A DNA stretch of 64,000 nucleotides from Capsulimonadaceae bacterium (GTDB lineage: Bacteria > Armatimonadota > Armatimonadia > Armatimonadales > Capsulimonadaceae): contig OZ244065.1 of assembly GCA_965215505.1 (NCBI GenBank), positions 992,001 through 1,056,000 on the forward strand, written 5' to 3'. The stretch's first letter is position 1, and each line of letters starts with the position of its first letter. The notes beneath the pieces were generated by a model. The model worked only from the letters and a program-made list of their open reading frames with translations. It had not been told where the DNA came from and did not search any database. Shown piece by piece: positions 9,781-19,305 of this stretch. Position numbers and translations under genes: made by a program.

Positions 9781-10689
9781 TTGCATTCTTTCCACGCACC
9801 CACGCTCCGCCCTCTCGCCACGCTCCTCGCCGCCGCCGGGGCGTTCCTGCCGGCCGGCCCCGGACGGGCACAGACGCCCGCCCCTGCTCCGCCCGTCACG
9901 GCCCCTGTCCCTACTCCGGCCCCGCCCGCGACTCCGGCCCCGCCCGCAGCTCCGACCCCGCCCGCAGCGCCGGTCCTCGACCTGATGCCGCTCAAGAAGG
10001 CGCTCAGGCCCCTCTCCGGCGGCGGGCTGCTCCAGTCGCATTCCAATTTCCAGATGACCGGCAGCAAGCAGGGCCTCTCCTTCACCTTCCGCGAGGAGGC
10101 CCACATCGTCGCCAAGCGGCCGGGCCGCTTCCGGGCGGAGCTGACCCAGTTCTCCGCCGACAACGTCCCGCAGCAGCGGCTCGTGGTCGTCTCCAACGGA
10201 GTCACCGTCTGGACCTACCGGCCCGGCACGCGCCAGTATTCCGTGACCACGTTCAAGGCGTTCGAGGCGGCGAACAACGACGTCACCGCGCTCGGCCTGG
10301 CCGTCGGCGGCTTCTTCCTGGGCGACGGGCACCAGCTCACTCAAGGGTTCCAGGGCCTGACCAAAGGCAACAGCGCCGACGTCTTGACTGTGCTGGCCGG
10401 CCTGGGCGTGAACCTCTCCAGCAAAATGCAGGCGGGCAGTGATGAGGACGACCTGGCCTACCTCATGACGCTCACCAAGCAGGGGTTAACCTACCGCTTC
10501 ATCGTGAACTCGGCCGGCGATGCGCTCCGGCAGGTGGAACTCCGGGGGGCGCAGAAGGGGATACAGATCGCCTTCAAAGAGAAGATCACCCAGCTCGCCC
10601 CGCTGACGACCGTTCCCAGGGACACGTTCACCTTCACGCCCCCGCCGGGCACGGTCAAGGTGGCGACGGTGTCCGTGGACCCGTTCTGA
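9781..10689 (+). CDS. secreted LolA/DUF2092-like protein
   Basis: AAGGAGG RBS before TTG 9781; signal peptide; KRPGRFR, VSNGVTVWTY and FTFTPPPG pattern. Confidence 0.65.
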   Translation: MHSFHAPTLRPLATLLAAAGAFLPAGPGRAQTPAPAPPVTAPVPTPAPPATPAPPAAPTPPAAPVLDLMPLKKALRPLSGGGLLQSHSNFQMTGSKQGLSFTFREEAHIVAKRPGRFRAELTQFSADNVPQQRLVVVSNGVTVWTYRPGTRQYSVTTFKAFEAANNDVTALGLAVGGFFLGDGHQLTQGFQGLTKGNSADVLTVLAGLGVNLSSKMQAGSDEDDLAYLMTLTKQGLTYRFIVNSAGDALRQVELRGAQKGIQIAFKEKITQLAPLTTVPRDTFTFTPPPGTVKVATVSVDPF

Positions 10690-10703
10690 CCGCGCCGCGC
10701 GGC

Positions 10704-10733
10704 TTGACACCCTCCCCCTAAACTCGGTATAAT
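10704..10733 (+). promoter_or_regulatory. sigma70-type promoter of the Rrf2-iscS operon
   Basis: TTGACA-18 bp-TATAAT. Confidence 0.8.
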
Positions 10734-10740
10734 GGGAGGG

Positions 10741-10765
10741 AATTTACGACCTTAGAGGTCGGAGA
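10741..10765. promoter_or_regulatory. candidate Rrf2/IscR operator
   Basis: CGACCT-tag-AGGTCG inverted repeat with the GAC-N7-GTC spacing of IscR type-1 sites, just downstream of the -10. Confidence 0.55.
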
Positions 10766-10783
10766 AAGGGGCGGTGCGGAACC

Positions 10784-11284
10784 ATGTTAAGCCTGTCCAA
10801 ACGCGCCGACTACGCCCTCCTCGCGCTGTCGCACCTGGCCGTGACCCAGGCCGCCGCCCCGGAGCGGCTGGTCAACACCAAAGAGATCGCCGAACAGTAC
10901 GAGATCCCGGCCGAGCTGCTGGCGAAGCTCCTGCAATCACTCGCCAAGAGCGGCCTCGTCGCCTCCCACCCCGGCCCCACCGGCGGCTACAAGCTGCTCC
11001 GCGCGCCCAACGCCATCACCGTGGCCGAGGTGCTGACCGTCATCGACGGCCCCCTCTCCATCCTCCCCTGCTCCAACGGCCTGGGACACACCTGCAAGCA
11101 GTTCAGCCACTGCACCATCCGCGACCCGATGGCCGAAATCGAGATCCGCGTCAAAGCCTTATTGCAGGAGATCACCCTGGAAGACGTCAGCGGCTCCGGC
11201 GCGGCCCCCGCCCCGTCCGACTGGCCGCCGTTCCAGGACTTTTCGAATCGCCGGTTCGCCGCCGGGCTGACGGTAGGGAAATAA
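10784..11284 (+). CDS. iscR: Rrf2-family Fe-S transcriptional regulator (IscR-like)
   Basis: KRADYAL, EIAEQYEIP and GPTGGYKL motifs; three Cys (C-x7-C-x5-C); directly upstream of iscS. Confidence 0.85.
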   Translation: MLSLSKRADYALLALSHLAVTQAAAPERLVNTKEIAEQYEIPAELLAKLLQSLAKSGLVASHPGPTGGYKLLRAPNAITVAEVLTVIDGPLSILPCSNGLGHTCKQFSHCTIRDPMAEIEIRVKALLQEITLEDVSGSGAAPAPSDWPPFQDFSNRRFAAGLTVGK

Positions 11285-11285
11285 C

Positions 11286-12479
11286 ATGGTTCGCCTGCCG
11301 ATCTACCTGGACAACAACGCGACGACCCGGACCGACCCGCGCGTGGTCGAGGCCATGCTGCCCTACTTCGCCGAGGTCTACGGCAACGCCGCCTCGCGCG
11401 CCCATTCCTTCGGGTGGGCTGCCGAAGAGGCCGTCGCCCGCGCCCGCGCACAGGTCGCCTCGCTCCTCGGGGCGGACCCGCGCGAGATCGTCTGGACTTC
11501 GGGCGCGACCGAGTCGGACAACCTGGCCCTCAAAGGCGTCATGGAGCGGTACGCCGACAAGGGCGACCACATGGTCACGGTCACGACCGAACACAAGGCC
11601 GTTCTCGATGCCGCCAAGCACCTGGAAGGCACGGGCCGCCGCGTCACCTATCTCGGCGTGGACCGGCAGGGCCGCATTGACATGGACGCCCTGGAGAACG
11701 CCCTGACTGACCGGACCGTGCTGGTTTCCGTCATGATGGGCAGCAACGAGGTCGGGACGCTCCAGCCCGTCGCCGAGATCGGCGCGCTCTGCCGCGCGCG
11801 CGGCGTCCTGTTCCACACCGACGCGACCCAGTGCATCGGCAAGATGCCCGTCAATGTCCAGGACCTCCCCGTTGATCTGATGTCCCTCACCGCCCACAAG
11901 ATGCACGGGCCGAAGGGCGTCGGCGCGCTCTACGTCCGGCGGCGCGCGCCCCGCGTCCGGCTGTCCGCCCAGATGGACGGCGGCGGCCACGAGCAGGGGA
12001 TGCGTTCAGGCACTCTGAACGTGCCGGGCATCGTCGGCTTCGGCAAAGCGTGTGAAATTTGTCAAAACGAACTGTCCTGGGAGCAGGAACACCTGACCCG
12101 CCTGCGTGACCGGCTGATCCGGGGCGTGCTGGGAACGATTAAAGGCACGGCCCTGAATGGCCATCCGACCGAGCGCCTGCCGCACAACGCCAGCATCGCG
12201 TTTGAAGGCGTCGAGGGCGACGCCCTGGTGACCGCCCTCTCGGAGGTCGCCCTGTCCACCGGCTCCGCCTGTTCGTCCGAGTCGCTGGAACCAAGCTACG
12301 TCCTCAGAGCGTTAGGGATGGGGGACGCGCGCGCCTACTCCTCGGTCCGGTTCGGCGTCTCGCGCTTCACGACCGACGAGGAGATAGATTACGTTTTGGA
12401 CCGGCTGCCCGAGGCCGTCGCCCGCCTGCGGCGGCTTTCCGCCACGCGGACGCCCGCGCTGGCCGGGAGCGCGGCCTGA
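11286..12479 (+). CDS. iscS: cysteine desulfurase IscS
   Basis: IYLDNNATT, TSGATESDN, HTDATQ, AHKMHGPKG, RSGTLN and STGSAC motifs. Confidence 0.96.
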   Translation: MVRLPIYLDNNATTRTDPRVVEAMLPYFAEVYGNAASRAHSFGWAAEEAVARARAQVASLLGADPREIVWTSGATESDNLALKGVMERYADKGDHMVTVTTEHKAVLDAAKHLEGTGRRVTYLGVDRQGRIDMDALENALTDRTVLVSVMMGSNEVGTLQPVAEIGALCRARGVLFHTDATQCIGKMPVNVQDLPVDLMSLTAHKMHGPKGVGALYVRRRAPRVRLSAQMDGGGHEQGMRSGTLNVPGIVGFGKACEICQNELSWEQEHLTRLRDRLIRGVLGTIKGTALNGHPTERLPHNASIAFEGVEGDALVTALSEVALSTGSACSSESLEPSYVLRALGMGDARAYSSVRFGVSRFTTDEEIDYVLDRLPEAVARLRRLSATRTPALAGSAA

Positions 12480-12480
12480 C

Positions 12481-12885
12481 ATGGACGCCTGCCCGCACTG
12501 TCACCGCCGGCTGCTTTCCCATATCAGCGCCCGGTGCAACTGGTGCGGGACGGAGATCACGGATGCGGCTTATTTAGTGCAGGCCGAAGTGGAGCGGGCC
12601 ACGTCCCGCGCGGAAGACGCCCTGCACTCTTTGCAGTCGCTGACCATCAGCCAGACGACGTACAGAAGTACGCAGATAGGTTACGCCGCCGGTAACTTCA
12701 GCGCGCCGCTGATGAGTCCTTATGACACAGCCGCGCTTGTCTCCAAGCGGGCCGAGTATGAGGCATGGGAACAGGCCAGGCGGGCGGCGGTATTCCACGC
12801 ACAGCAGCAAAGGGCATCGGAAGAGACGCCCGCCGAAGAGCCTGCCGCCGAGGCGCAGGACCGGTTCGGACACCTGGAACTATAA
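12481..12885 (+). CDS. zinc-ribbon hypothetical protein
   Basis: CPHC-x10-CNWCG at the N-terminus. Confidence 0.7.
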   Translation: MDACPHCHRRLLSHISARCNWCGTEITDAAYLVQAEVERATSRAEDALHSLQSLTISQTTYRSTQIGYAAGNFSAPLMSPYDTAALVSKRAEYEAWEQARRAAVFHAQQQRASEETPAEEPAAEAQDRFGHLEL

Positions 12886-12889
12886 GGCA

Positions 12890-13216
12890 ATGAACGAGAA
12901 CGAAACCTGGCCCCCGGCACCGGGGCCTCAGAACATTCCCCAGCAGGCGGCCCAGGAGGCGGGAACCGTCGTCTGCCCCACCTGCAAGCGGAAGCTGCTG
13001 ACGCAGACCAGCCCGCTCTGCAACTGGTGCGGCGCGCAGATAGACAACCCCGAATACCAGGCGCGGGCCGCCCAGAGCCGTCAGGAGCGCGACCAGCAGG
13101 AGCGGGCCGAACTGGAGTCGGTCATTCAGGAGGAAGCCCAGCACGGCATCCTGGGCCGGCTGAAGCGGCTCGGCAAGCAGAACAAGGTCGCGCCGCCGAA
13201 AAGCCCGCTGGTGTGA
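12890..13216 (+). CDS. zinc-ribbon hypothetical protein (paralog of upstream gene)
   Basis: CPTC-x10-CNWCG; ATG 12890 follows the upstream stop. Confidence 0.7.
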   Translation: MNENETWPPAPGPQNIPQQAAQEAGTVVCPTCKRKLLTQTSPLCNWCGAQIDNPEYQARAAQSRQERDQQERAELESVIQEEAQHGILGRLKRLGKQNKVAPPKSPLV

Positions 13217-13218
13217 GC

Positions 13219-13863
13219 ATGGAATCGCCCTCCACCGTCAGCCTGACGGCCCTCCCCGCCCCGGAGACGCTGCGGCGCATCTGCAAGGCGGTGGCGGCGC
13301 TGGAAGCGCTCCTACAGCCGACCGACTGGCTGCGGCGCAATCTCTACTTTCCAGATTGGGGCGGCGGCCTGGAAGTCGCTAAGGTGGACAACGGGGCAGG
13401 GGACACCCTGTTCTGCCTCTTCTCCCCGGTCGGCACGGTCATCAAGGGCTTTGACCACGAATCGCCGCTGAGTCCGCACGCGCAGGAAGAGTATCAGGTC
13501 TGGCCGGGCATCTATGAGGGTCTGCCCGCGCCCCTGTCCGCTCTCCTCGACGACCCGGCTTTCGAGCGGGATGACGTCACCTTCTGCCTCTGGTGGCCTG
13601 CCGGCGGCACGGCCTGGGAGACGGGTCCCGTCGAGTTCCCACCCGACGGCGATGACGGCTCCTCCTTCCTCCTCGGCATGCTGTCCCGCTCGGCGGAGGA
13701 GTACGCCGACTGGGCGCAGGATTATCACGGGATGGGGGTCGCACTGGAACCCGTCCGGCAGGTATACGCGCGCCTGACCCTCGATGAAGAGACGGCGCGG
13801 CGCATCAACCCGTCAGCCGATTACGAGGCGGTCCGGCAGGAGATCGCATCCATACTCGCCTGA
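13219..13863 (+). CDS. conserved hypothetical protein
   Basis: Coupled ATG; DNGAGD...IKGFDHES...VTFCLW...DDGS looks like a conserved family. Confidence 0.7.
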   Translation: MESPSTVSLTALPAPETLRRICKAVAALEALLQPTDWLRRNLYFPDWGGGLEVAKVDNGAGDTLFCLFSPVGTVIKGFDHESPLSPHAQEEYQVWPGIYEGLPAPLSALLDDPAFERDDVTFCLWWPAGGTAWETGPVEFPPDGDDGSSFLLGMLSRSAEEYADWAQDYHGMGVALEPVRQVYARLTLDEETARRINPSADYEAVRQEIASILA

Positions 13864-13903
13864 CCGTACCCGGCTGAACAGACTATCAAGGAAAGCAGAC
13901 ACT

Positions 13904-14779
13904 ATGCAACAAGACCCGGCGGAAGAGCCGCTGAAGAACGTCCCGCTCGAATCCGCCATCCTCGGCATGCGGATGGCCCTGACGGACGAGGAGGGGGCCG
14001 AAGCGCGGCAGGCCTTCCTGGACCTCCTGCGCGACAGCATCCTGGCCGTGCCGACCATGAGCGCCGTGCCGACCAACCCTGACGGCTCCATCGCGCCCAA
14101 CGCCGACATCCAGCTCATCATCGCCACCAACCCCGAGGGCGTCAGCGGCGTCCCCGCCTTCACGCAGCTCGGCATCCTCCGGGCCGCACTGCCGCAACTC
14201 GAGAACGGGATGTTCCTGTCCGGCGCGCAGCTCGGCGGCATCCTCGCCGGCAGCGAACACCTACTGTTCGTGGACGGCCCGGACGTCCACGCCGAGGTCG
14301 GCCCGGACGAACTGGCGATGATGGCCCAGACCGCCCAGATGATGGCCCAGATGCAGCAGCAGGCGGCGGGCAGCAACGAGCGCCTGGAAGCGGCTCTGGC
14401 GGCCTTGCACCACAGCGACAACACCGAGAATCGCGGGGCGGTCGTCCAGGCCTTCCTGGAAGAGTTCAGCCGCATCCCCGTGGCGGGCGACTCCGACGAG
14501 GACGCCGAGTGCGTCGTCCTCAGCACCGGTGCCCCCGAGGACACGCCCCAGACGCCCCAGGAGCTGGAGCTGCTGACCGAGAACGACGCCCTGCTCTGCT
14601 TCACCAGCGAGGCCGCCATGCGCGTCTGGGACACGGCGGGCCGCAGCGCCGTCGTCCTGCCCGGCCCGGTCATCGCCCAGCTCGCCGCCCAGGCGGGCGT
14701 CTTGACCCTGCTGCTGAACAAGGGGCACGAGACGCAGCGCGCCCTGAAGCTCGAAGAAGGCCGCATCGAGGTCGTTTGA
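13904..14779 (+). CDS. SseB-family protein (two SseB-like domains)
   Basis: Duplicated acidic domains with LAVP...PAFT and RIPV...LCFTS patterns. Confidence 0.6.
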   Translation: MQQDPAEEPLKNVPLESAILGMRMALTDEEGAEARQAFLDLLRDSILAVPTMSAVPTNPDGSIAPNADIQLIIATNPEGVSGVPAFTQLGILRAALPQLENGMFLSGAQLGGILAGSEHLLFVDGPDVHAEVGPDELAMMAQTAQMMAQMQQQAAGSNERLEAALAALHHSDNTENRGAVVQAFLEEFSRIPVAGDSDEDAECVVLSTGAPEDTPQTPQELELLTENDALLCFTSEAAMRVWDTAGRSAVVLPGPVIAQLAAQAGVLTLLLNKGHETQRALKLEEGRIEVV

Positions 14780-14888
14780 TTAGGAAACCGGCAAAATCAC
14801 CCGCCCCCGCCCCGCACGTTTGCCGTGACGGGATGGGGGCGGACCGGCGATAATAGGCTTAGTCTTCTCCCGAAAGCGAGCCTACTCC

Positions 14889-15230
14889 ATGTCTTCCGCC
14901 ATGTCTTCCGTCCTGTCCCCCGTCGCCGCCGTCCCCGAATGCGAATCCGCCCGCCGCGTCGCCGCCGTCTGCCGCCGCCCCGAGGCCGAAGCCGTCCAGG
15001 CCCAGGTCGCCGCCGCCGTTCCCCACCCCACCAGTGCCGACGTCCTCTGGCTCACCTGGGTGCAGTGGCGCGCGTTGGGCCGCGAACGCATGGTCCGCGA
15101 GACCGGCCTATCCCTCTGGACCCTCACCGACCGTCTGCGTCAGCTCCGCGAGGCGGGTGCCCCCGTCCTGTCCTCCTCCGAGGAGCGTGAACTGATCGCG
15201 CGGGGCAGGTTCCACGGGGAGTGGGCTTAG
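14889..15230 (+). CDS. hypothetical protein
   Basis: 113-aa ORF with host-like codon usage; possible HTH (TGLSLWTLTDRLRQL). Confidence 0.45.
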   Translation: MSSAMSSVLSPVAAVPECESARRVAAVCRRPEAEAVQAQVAAAVPHPTSADVLWLTWVQWRALGRERMVRETGLSLWTLTDRLRQLREAGAPVLSSSEERELIARGRFHGEWA

Positions 15231-15249
15231 GCAAGGAATGCGGCGGAAG

Positions 15250-15380
15250 GACGAGTGGATGAATCCACTCGCTTCGCTGGGATTCGTCCACGGGACAAGT
15301 AGATCGGGACGATGTCGTCTCCTTCTCCCTTCTGTCCTCTGGACAGGTCTGCCCGGAGCGAGTGAATTCATTCACTCGTC
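15250..15380. repeat. REPIN/MITE-like composite inverted element
   Basis: GACGAGTGGATGAATCCACTCGC and inverted copy GCGAGTGAATTCATTCACTCGTC, with inner GTCCACGGGAC / GTCCTCTGGAC inverted pair. Confidence 0.7.
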
Positions 15381-15410
15381 TGCTGCTCGTCCCTCTCCTC
15401 TTGCCCCTCC

Positions 15411-16193
15411 CTATGCCGCCTCCCACGCCCGCCGCAGCACGTCCAGCGCCTCGGGGGCCTGGCTCGGCAGGTCTTCCCACGACCCCTCAATGCTGATGCG
15501 GCCGTCATACCCGCTCGCCTTGACCACGGCCAAATAGTCGCGCAGGAACTCGAAATCCGCCGCGACGGGCGCGCGGCGGCCCACCGCCCCGGCGATATGG
15601 ACGTGGCGCAGCAGGGGCATAGACTGGCGCGTCTCCTCATAGCTCTGGCCGCCGTGGTCCACATGGTACAGGTCGCTCAGGACGGCGACGGCGGGGTGGT
15701 TCACTTCCCGTGCCAGCGCGATCCCTTCAGCGACGCTGTTGATGAAGTTGCACTCGGTCACGTTCAGCGGCTCGATGGCGATGGTGATCCCGTGCCGTTC
15801 CGCCGCCGCCCCGCCCCGCCCCAGGAACTCCCGCACCTGCCTCTGCGCCTCTTCCAAAGGCCAGCCCTCCGGGATGCCGCGCGCCGCCCCGCTCCCGAAC
15901 ACGGCCACCTCCCCGCCCAATGCAGATGCCCGCGCGAAGGCCGACTCCAGATACCGCTCCTGCCTCCCCGCGTCCACGTCCGGCCCCACCACCTTCAGGT
16001 CGACGGGCAGCAGGACGTTGTACGCCTCGGGCTTCAGGGCGGAAGACGCGAAGGCCGCCAGCAGCGGCGGCATCACGTCTCCCTCCGGCTGCTCGGGCCG
16101 CAGGGCACCCGCCACCGCGAGTTCTATGTAGTCGTAGCCGGCCCCGGCCAGCGCGTCCCGGTTCTCCGGCCCCGTACAGATGCCAAATCGCAT
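15411..16193 (-). CDS. sugar phosphate isomerase/epimerase (xylose isomerase-like TIM barrel)
   Basis: GYDYIE, VFGSG, IAIEPLN, DLYH, HVHIA and ISIE motifs. Confidence 0.9.
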   Translation of the reverse strand: MRFGICTGPENRDALAGAGYDYIELAVAGALRPEQPEGDVMPPLLAAFASSALKPEAYNVLLPVDLKVVGPDVDAGRQERYLESAFARASALGGEVAVFGSGAARGIPEGWPLEEAQRQVREFLGRGGAAAERHGITIAIEPLNVTECNFINSVAEGIALAREVNHPAVAVLSDLYHVDHGGQSYEETRQSMPLLRHVHIAGAVGRRAPVAADFEFLRDYLAVVKASGYDGRISIEGSWEDLPSQAPEALDVLRRAWEAA

Positions 16194-16309
16194 GGTATTC
16201 TCCTCCGCCTTTATCCCCTGTTAGCCGCGGCCCCCGGTTCCTCCTGCCTACATTTAGTAGACTCGCCCGAAAAAAAAGCGTATATGTAGCGAAAAAGTTG
16301 CGCGCGCGC

Positions 16310-16338
16310 TTGTCAAATAGCAACAACCGTGCTATAAT
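16310..16338 (+). promoter_or_regulatory. sigma70-type promoter of the phoU operon
   Basis: TTGTCA-17 bp-TATAAT with extended TG. Confidence 0.75.
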
Positions 16339-16375
16339 GGGCAAAGTTCGTAACGAGTCGGAATAAAACGCAGTG

Positions 16376-17065
16376 ATGTTGAACACACGACAAAGCTTCC
16401 ATGACGAGCTGGCCGCTCTGGAGCAGGAACTCCTGCTCATGGGCACCCTGACAGGTGCGATGCTCGGCCAGGCCGTCGAGGCCGTCCAGCAGAACGATGT
16501 CGCGCTGGCCGAGCGGGTCCTGGTCCAGGACGACGCCGTGGACGAGATGGACCGCAAGATCGAGGCCCAATGCATCCGCTTGCTCGCCTTGCAGCAGCCG
16601 ATGGCCCGCGACCTGCGGCAGATCGAGAGCGCCCTGAAGGTCATCACCGACCTGGAGCGGATCGGCGACCACGCCGTGGATATCGCCAAGATCGCCCGCA
16701 AGCTGACCCAGGAGTTCTATCTAAAGGCACCCCTCCTGGACATCGGGCCGCTGGCGCAGACGGCCCGGACGATGCTGCACGAGAGTCTGGAAAGCCTGGT
16801 CCGGCATGACCTGGCGCTTGCCGTGCGCGTCTGCGACGACGACGACCAGGCCGACGACGCTTTCAAATCCCTACGCGATGAGCTGCTGGCCCTGACCCAG
16901 AACCAGCCGTCCCTCGTCTTCCCCGCCTCGTACATGCTGCTGGCCGTTGTTTATTTGGAACGCATCGCCGACCACGCCACCAACATCGCCGAGCGCGTCT
17001 ACTACATCGAAACCGGGGACCGCAAGCCGCTCGGGCGACGCACCGCGCGCCCCGAGGACTCGTGA
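16376..17065 (+). CDS. phoU: phosphate signalling complex protein PhoU
   Basis: LQQPMARDLR, DLERIGDHA and YLERIADHATNIAE motifs. Confidence 0.95.
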   Translation: MLNTRQSFHDELAALEQELLLMGTLTGAMLGQAVEAVQQNDVALAERVLVQDDAVDEMDRKIEAQCIRLLALQQPMARDLRQIESALKVITDLERIGDHAVDIAKIARKLTQEFYLKAPLLDIGPLAQTARTMLHESLESLVRHDLALAVRVCDDDDQADDAFKSLRDELLALTQNQPSLVFPASYMLLAVVYLERIADHATNIAERVYYIETGDRKPLGRRTARPEDS

Positions 17066-17724
17066 GCGAAGTCGCCGACAACCTGGACCGGCTGAACGGG
17101 CAGATCGCCCAGGCGGCGGCGCGGGCGGGGCGCAGTCCGGATGAGATCACCCTGGTTGCCGTCACCAAAAAGCAGGCCGCCGCCACGGTGGCCGAGGCGC
17201 TGGCGGCGGGCGCGGGCGACGTAGGCGAGAACTATGTCCAGGAAGCGCAGGAAAAGCGGGCCGCCGTTCCTGGTGGCCGCTGGCACCTGTTGGGGCATTT
17301 GCAGGGAAACAAGGCGAAACTGGCCGTGTCGCTCTTCGACCTGATCCAGAGCGTGGACAGCGTCAAGCTCGCACAAACGCTTGGCAGGCACACGCAGGCG
17401 GCCAATGCGGCGCAGGAGATTTTGCTGCAAGTGCATCTCGGGGACGAGGCGACCAAGACCGGGCTGCCGCCCGAGATGGCGCGGGATGCTGCGGCCGAGA
17501 TCGCCGCGATTGACGGGATCGCCCTGCGCGGCCTGATGGGGATCGCCCCCTTCGGCGTGGACCCCCGGCCCCACTTCCGGGACCTGCGGCGGCTCTTCGA
17601 GGCGCTGCCGCCGGAAAACCGCCTGGTCCTCTCGATGGGCATGAGCGGCGACTTCGAGGCCGCCATCGAAGAGGGCGCGACGATGGTCCGGGTCGGCACG
17701 GCGATCTTTGGGGCGCGGACATGA
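17062..17724 (+). CDS. yggS: YggS/PLPBP pyridoxal phosphate homeostasis protein
   Basis: LVAVTK, GENYVQE, WHLLGHLQGNK and LSMGMSGDF...GATMVRVGT motifs. Confidence 0.95.
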   Translation: MSEVADNLDRLNGQIAQAAARAGRSPDEITLVAVTKKQAAATVAEALAAGAGDVGENYVQEAQEKRAAVPGGRWHLLGHLQGNKAKLAVSLFDLIQSVDSVKLAQTLGRHTQAANAAQEILLQVHLGDEATKTGLPPEMARDAAAEIAAIDGIALRGLMGIAPFGVDPRPHFRDLRRLFEALPPENRLVLSMGMSGDFEAAIEEGATMVRVGTAIFGART

Positions 17725-17782
17725 CAGGCACTAGAGGACACGACAGCAGGACAGACACGACGACAGGAGGCTAGACAGCGCG

Positions 17783-18298
17783 ATGAACCAGAATGCGGAA
17801 GCGGAAGACTATGAAGAAAATGCCCCCGCCCGAGAAGGCGGCTTGTGGTCCCGTATCATGAAGCCGTTCAAAGGGCAGGACGACTACGAGGAGGACGAGG
17901 ACATGGCCGCCGAGAACCTGACCCAGCAGATTCCCGTATCCGCCCGCGCCAACGGCGGCTCTTACAACCCGCTCAAGCGAGGGACGACGTTGCGAATCGA
18001 CCAGGCCCGCCAGACCCGGATCACCGTTCGCCGCTCCGTCCAGACCTTCGACGACGCCCGCCGCGCCGCCGACGGCCTGAAGGACGGACAGCAGCAGATC
18101 GTCAACCTGGAGCAGACCCCCGCCGACATGGCCGAGCGCATCACCGACTTCCTGAACGGCGCGACCTATGCCCTCGACGGCAGCGTGGAGAAGATCGGCG
18201 AACAGGTCTACCTGTTCACCCCCTCCACCGTCGTCATTGACATCGAGGACAAGCCCGCCACGACCGGCGTCCGCGCCGCCATCTTCGACCGGGGCTAG
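17783..18298 (+). CDS. sepF: cell division protein SepF
   Basis: IVNLE...RITDFLNGATYALDG...YLFTP; conserved yggS-sepF-proC context. Confidence 0.93.
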   Translation: MNQNAEAEDYEENAPAREGGLWSRIMKPFKGQDDYEEDEDMAAENLTQQIPVSARANGGSYNPLKRGTTLRIDQARQTRITVRRSVQTFDDARRAADGLKDGQQQIVNLEQTPADMAERITDFLNGATYALDGSVEKIGEQVYLFTPSTVVIDIEDKPATTGVRAAIFDRG

Positions 18299-18310
18299 GG
18301 CCGTCCGAAT

Positions 18311-19123
18311 ATGCTCCGCGACAAGACATTGGCCGTGCTGGGTGCGGGCATGATGGGCGGCGCGCTGGCGCGCGGGCTGGTCGCCTGCGGTGCCATGCCC
18401 CCGTCCGGCCTCCGGCTCTACGACACGCACGCGGCCAAAGCCGAAGCCCTGGCCGCCGAGCTTGGGCCGGGCGCGCTCGCCGCGTCCTCGGCCCAGGCCG
18501 CCGTTCTTAACGTCGACCTGATCCTGCTGGCCGTCAAGCCGCCCATGGTCGCGGGCGTCCTGGCCGGGATCGCGCCGTTCGTGCTGCCCTCCCAGCTCGT
18601 CATCTCCCTGGCGGCGGGCGTCCGGCTCGCCAAGATGGAGGCCCTGCTGCCCGGCATCCCCGTCGTCCGCACCATGCCGAACACCCCCTGCCTCGTCGGC
18701 AAGGGGGCCACCGCCCTCAGCCGCGGCACACACGCCACCGAGGAACATTTAGGGTTGGCCCAGTCCCTCTTCGCCGCCGTCGGCCTGTCCGTCGAGGTCC
18801 CCGAAACCCTGCTTGATGCCGTGACCGGCCTGTCCGGCTCCGGCCCCGCCTACGTCTATCTGATGATCGAGGCCCTCGCCGACGGCGGCGTCAAGGAGGG
18901 CCTGACCCGCGACACCGCCCGCCTCCTCGCCGCCCAGACCGTGCTGGGCGCGGCCCAGATGGTCCTCTCCTCCGACCAGCACCCCGCCCAGCTCAAGGAC
19001 AACGTCACCACGCCCGGCGGCACCACCATCGCCGCCCTCCACGTCCTAGAGCGCGCCGGCATCCGCACCGCCCTCATTGACGCCATCCAGGCGGCGGCGG
19101 AGCGGTCACGCGAGCTTTCCTGA
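18311..19123 (+). CDS. proC: pyrroline-5-carboxylate reductase
   Basis: GAGMMG, AVKP, RTMPNTP, GSGPAY and VTTPGGTT motifs. Confidence 0.96.
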   Translation: MLRDKTLAVLGAGMMGGALARGLVACGAMPPSGLRLYDTHAAKAEALAAELGPGALAASSAQAAVLNVDLILLAVKPPMVAGVLAGIAPFVLPSQLVISLAAGVRLAKMEALLPGIPVVRTMPNTPCLVGKGATALSRGTHATEEHLGLAQSLFAAVGLSVEVPETLLDAVTGLSGSGPAYVYLMIEALADGGVKEGLTRDTARLLAAQTVLGAAQMVLSSDQHPAQLKDNVTTPGGTTIAALHVLERAGIRTALIDAIQAAAERSRELS

Positions 19124-19305
19124 TAGCATCAGGCTGTCCGTGTCCGTCCGCGTGTTCCCCATCCAGCCGAACAGCGGCGTCCCCCCCCCTTTCCTGATGA
19201 GGGTATTACCAAAGATGCAGCCTGACCGCACGGTCCCCGGAGGGTGGAGAAACCGGATAAGCTCGCCGGATGCCTGAGCAACACTCGGTCCGGGCGGCAT
19301 CCGGC

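Noticed and set aside
17722-17780. GACA-rich short repeats before sepF as an operator
   Set aside because: Irregular spacing and degenerate units; more likely a low-complexity spacer.
19124-19305. Structured RNA after proC (TCAGGCTG/CAGCCTGA, GCCGGATGCC/GGCATCCGGC, C-run)
   Set aside because: Only isolated stems between convergent genes; consistent with terminator or debris, not enough to call an ncRNA.
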